Positions 61,097 through 64,000 of a stretch of DNA of 64,000 nucleotides are shown here, in pieces. This DNA is from Phallusia mammillata (taxonomy: Eukaryota): contig OZ281495.1 in assembly GCA_965637545.1 (NCBI GenBank), forward strand, positions 4,650,001 through 4,714,000, read 5' to 3'. Numbering within the stretch: the stretch's first letter is position 1; each line of letters begins with the position of its first letter. The translations under genes were made by a program, and so were the position numbers. Under the pieces are notes generated by a model, which saw only the letters and a list, made by a program, of their open reading frames with translations, ran no database searches and was not told the DNA's origin.

Positions 61097-63603
61097 TCAT
61101 GGAACAAGACTCTCTTTTCGTTTTGGAACATCTGGCTTTTGTGCCTTTTTCGTATCGTTCTCTTCTTTCTGTGCCGCTCCGGAAAGTTTGACGCTGTAGA
61201 TCATCCCGAGAAATGTCATAAACTCGGTAAAGTCCCAGACTCCTGCCAAAAAACAGTTGTTGAAAAACAAATTTTGTTCATTATGATCTTTATTTTCATG
61301 TGATAGTCACAATTTAATAGTGTTAAGCACAAACATACAAACTAGTATCCGACTGCAGAACATTTCAATGTTTTAACAGTTTCTATTTTTATCGTCAGGT
61401 AAAAACTGTAGAAACTTTGCAACATTGCAAACATATGTTTTACACTCAGATATTGGCTAGGTCCGCTTCGCTGAAAATACTCAAAACCGTGAATTATGTA
61501 CCTAATTGTGTTCGGTGTTATAGACCAGTGGTCGGCAACCGCCGGTCCGCACCCCGGTACCGGCCCGCGAGGAGTTTGTTACCGGGCCGTATAATTTTTA
61601 GTTTAAATTGTATAAAACTTTTTGCCCTAATATCCCGGGGATGATAAACTAATGTTAGCGTTTTTATAGCTATATATTTGTAGTTTTATGAAGACCGGTC
61701 CGCGATGAAATTTCACTTTCAAAACCGGCCCGCAGCACAAAAAAGGTTGCCGACTGCTGTTATAGACAATGTGCCGTAATGTTGTTACAAGAGACTATAC
61801 CAGGGGTCTCAAACACGCGGCCCTCCAAGGGTTTTTGTGGGGCCCGTGAAGTAACTTTCAGAAGTTATGTGTTTTACTTAGGCGGAATATCCTGTTAGAC
61901 CGGTGAATTTACATGGTACAATCGTTCTCTATTGGTGGTATATGCAGCGTTTAAATGAGCGAGATCATTTTTAAAATCAGCAATTGCGATTGTTGCGTCA
62001 TATTTTGTACATTGTTGCATCATTGTAGGCCATTGTTTCCACACAAAGCAATATAGCACAGTTGACTCTTTCACTTTGCTACACTGTATATCTGTTTCCT
62101 ATTTATTACAATTTTGTTTTTTAATGTAGTTAAGTCGTATTAATGCATATTTCACTTTTTAATCACACAATGTCTTTTCTTGTCATGTTACACCGTAACA
62201 AATGTGTTGATAGTGTGGCCCCCGACTTACTTACAAGTTTGTTTTTGGCCCCCAAACCAGTTTGAGTTTGAGACCCCTGGCCTATACGGTCATTGTTTTG
62301 TGACCAGCTGCACTGATTAGACCATGTAGACAGAAATAATTTGTACTGCCTGCAGCTAATTCATTGATGTAATTCTTCAATAAATTTACATTTGCTTTTT
62401 TCTGTTTTGCAACGAAGAAAAGGTATTACTTTAAATTGCAGCAGACAAACGCGGTGTAGTCTTATTCAAATGTAAACAAACGATTGACGTCATTTCCTAT
62501 ACCATAACGCTTATCAACGACTTAAGACTGTTATTTGGTTGAGTCAGTGAGGTTACTGGTATTTCATATTGTGTTGAGTTGTAGCCACATCTCTACTTGA
62601 TTTCCTGATTGCAGATAATTAACACTGAGCCTGGTATCCACCCTTACTATGGGCCTTGTTATACATTTTCATTTCCGCAAAAGACTTAATGGCTTTGTTG
62701 GGTTTGAAAAATGTGCTCGATTGGGATTTGGTCACTTTGTAAAGCTAGATCGCAACTCGTTTAAAACAAATATTTTAGCGACTAGAGCTCAAATGTGCAG
62801 TGACGTAACTATGACTATGTTATGACGTAGGCTACTTCAGTTTATCCGCAGCGGCACCGAAAGGCCGTTACGGGAAAAACTACAACTTCAAAATTAATGA
62901 CCCGTTTACATGTTGTTAGTAGTTTCGGGTTTCTTCTTATTTTTTTTTTGTAAAAACAAGTCTATACTTCCTACCGTCGCCATTTGAGTCGATTCCTTTT
63001 AAGCATTCCGTACATTCCTGTTCTGATACTTCGATGTTACAAGCCTGATAAGAAAACAACTTAGTGTAAGCAATTGACAACAAACAAGCGGCAATCACGC
63101 TCATTATTACGTGTTATAGTAAACAACGCTGAGCTAATTTCCAAATAAACAATGAAAATTGATCACATTAACCCAGCTGTTTGCAATCTTTTTCTTTAAA
63201 TCAATCGCCACATTTTAATCCACATAAAAAAGAGAGTATTTCACATAACAAGCTAATTCTTAAAACTCATATGCAATTTTAAGAATTAGGATTGCTTAAA
63301 TCAAATCATAATTTTACTCTAATGTAAAACCATTTGCACATTCAACCCCATATTAAAACAGAGAAAGTACTGCACAAACTTACAACTCTTGCTAATATGT
63401 TACATGTTTCAAGTTGCTGTGTAAATGTACGATGTTATTTTACAATTTAAAATCAATTAACAACGCCGAACCTTTAGCAAAGTTAGAACTTCATTATGTT
63501 CCAGCGTACCACTTCTATCTTCATCAAATTTTCGGAATATCTTGTAAGTTGAACGAAGGACTTTATCTAAATCCATAATAACAGATCGCAGGTCGCTTTT
63601 CAT
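61097..63603 (-). CDS. Two-EF-hand calmodulin-like Ca2+-binding protein (115 aa; exons 63603-63472, 63044-62975, 61242-61097)
   Basis: Spliced translation MKSDLRSVIMDLDKVLRSTYKIFRKF-DEDRSGTLEHNE-VLTLLKACNIEVSEQECTECLKGI-DSNGDGVWDFTE-FMTFLGMIYSVKLSGAAQKEENDTKKAQKPDVPKRKESLVP*; two 12-residue EF loops with calmodulin-like spacing and GT-AG junctions. Confidence 0.88.
61526..61759. mobile_element. hAT-type MITE in an EF-hand gene intron
   Basis: TIRs CAGTGGTCGGCAACC / GGTTGCCGACTGCTG; perfect TSD TTATAGAC. Confidence 0.9.
61801..62279. mobile_element. hAT-type MITE in an EF-hand gene intron
   Basis: TIRs CAGGGGTCTCAAAC / GTTTGAGACCCCTG; TSD GACTATAC/GCCTATAC. Confidence 0.88.
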
Positions 63604-64000
63604 CCCTGCGTTATGAGCTATCAGTTATGATTCAAAGTTTGCATCAACTGACTATAGTGCGGAAGTTGGCGTGAAGTGAGTGGGCTGCGGCAAGCAACAA
63701 ACAACGAGTAAATAAAGTTGACTCCAATTAAAAGAAATATAACTCAAGCCAACCCACACTGCAATAAAACCACATTATAAAACCATATTGTTAAAATACC
63801 TAATTCCCCAATTTTTGAAGATAGTTTAGTTGTAAACAGTTTAACTTCTGAGATAGCTAATTATAAATACAGATACATAAATAATGTAGCCTACACAGAT
63901 ACCGACACACTTATATATAACTTATATGCATGTATGTCAGTTGGAAAAATTTAGGTTTTTAAACGAAGCCTAAAGATTCATAATTGCCTAATCTGCTCTT

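Noticed and set aside
63384-63416. 33-nt candidate micro-exon (QLETCNILARV) in the EF-hand gene
   Set aside because: It has AG/GT borders, but including it would break the calmodulin-like inter-EF spacing that is correct without it; not supportable without RNA data.

Overview
AT-rich eukaryotic DNA with short spliceosomal introns (down to about 55 nt) and many hAT-type MITEs. An ascidian/tunicate origin is my inference, not proven. Conventional genes are a multi-exon CLCA-family gene (minus, about 0.25-7.3 kb), MAPK7/ERK5 (minus, 10.5-19.9 kb) and a 3-exon two-EF-hand protein gene missed by the ORF track (minus, 61.1-63.6 kb). The main discovery is a two-gene cassette repeated five times on the plus strand (21.9-57.7 kb). 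In each copy an intronless 92-99 aa helical protein of unknown family lies 240-790 nt upstream of a 4-TM LRRC8/pannexin-like large-pore channel gene with no leucine-rich-repeat domain. The two partners show congruent divergence, include pseudogenised copies, and in two copies have an AATAAA just before the downstream splice acceptor, as in tunicate operons. Also present are an 11x135-bp coding-frame tandem repeat ORF, a tRNA-derived SINE with an intron-like insert, and fold-back elements carrying a hammerhead-ribozyme-like core.
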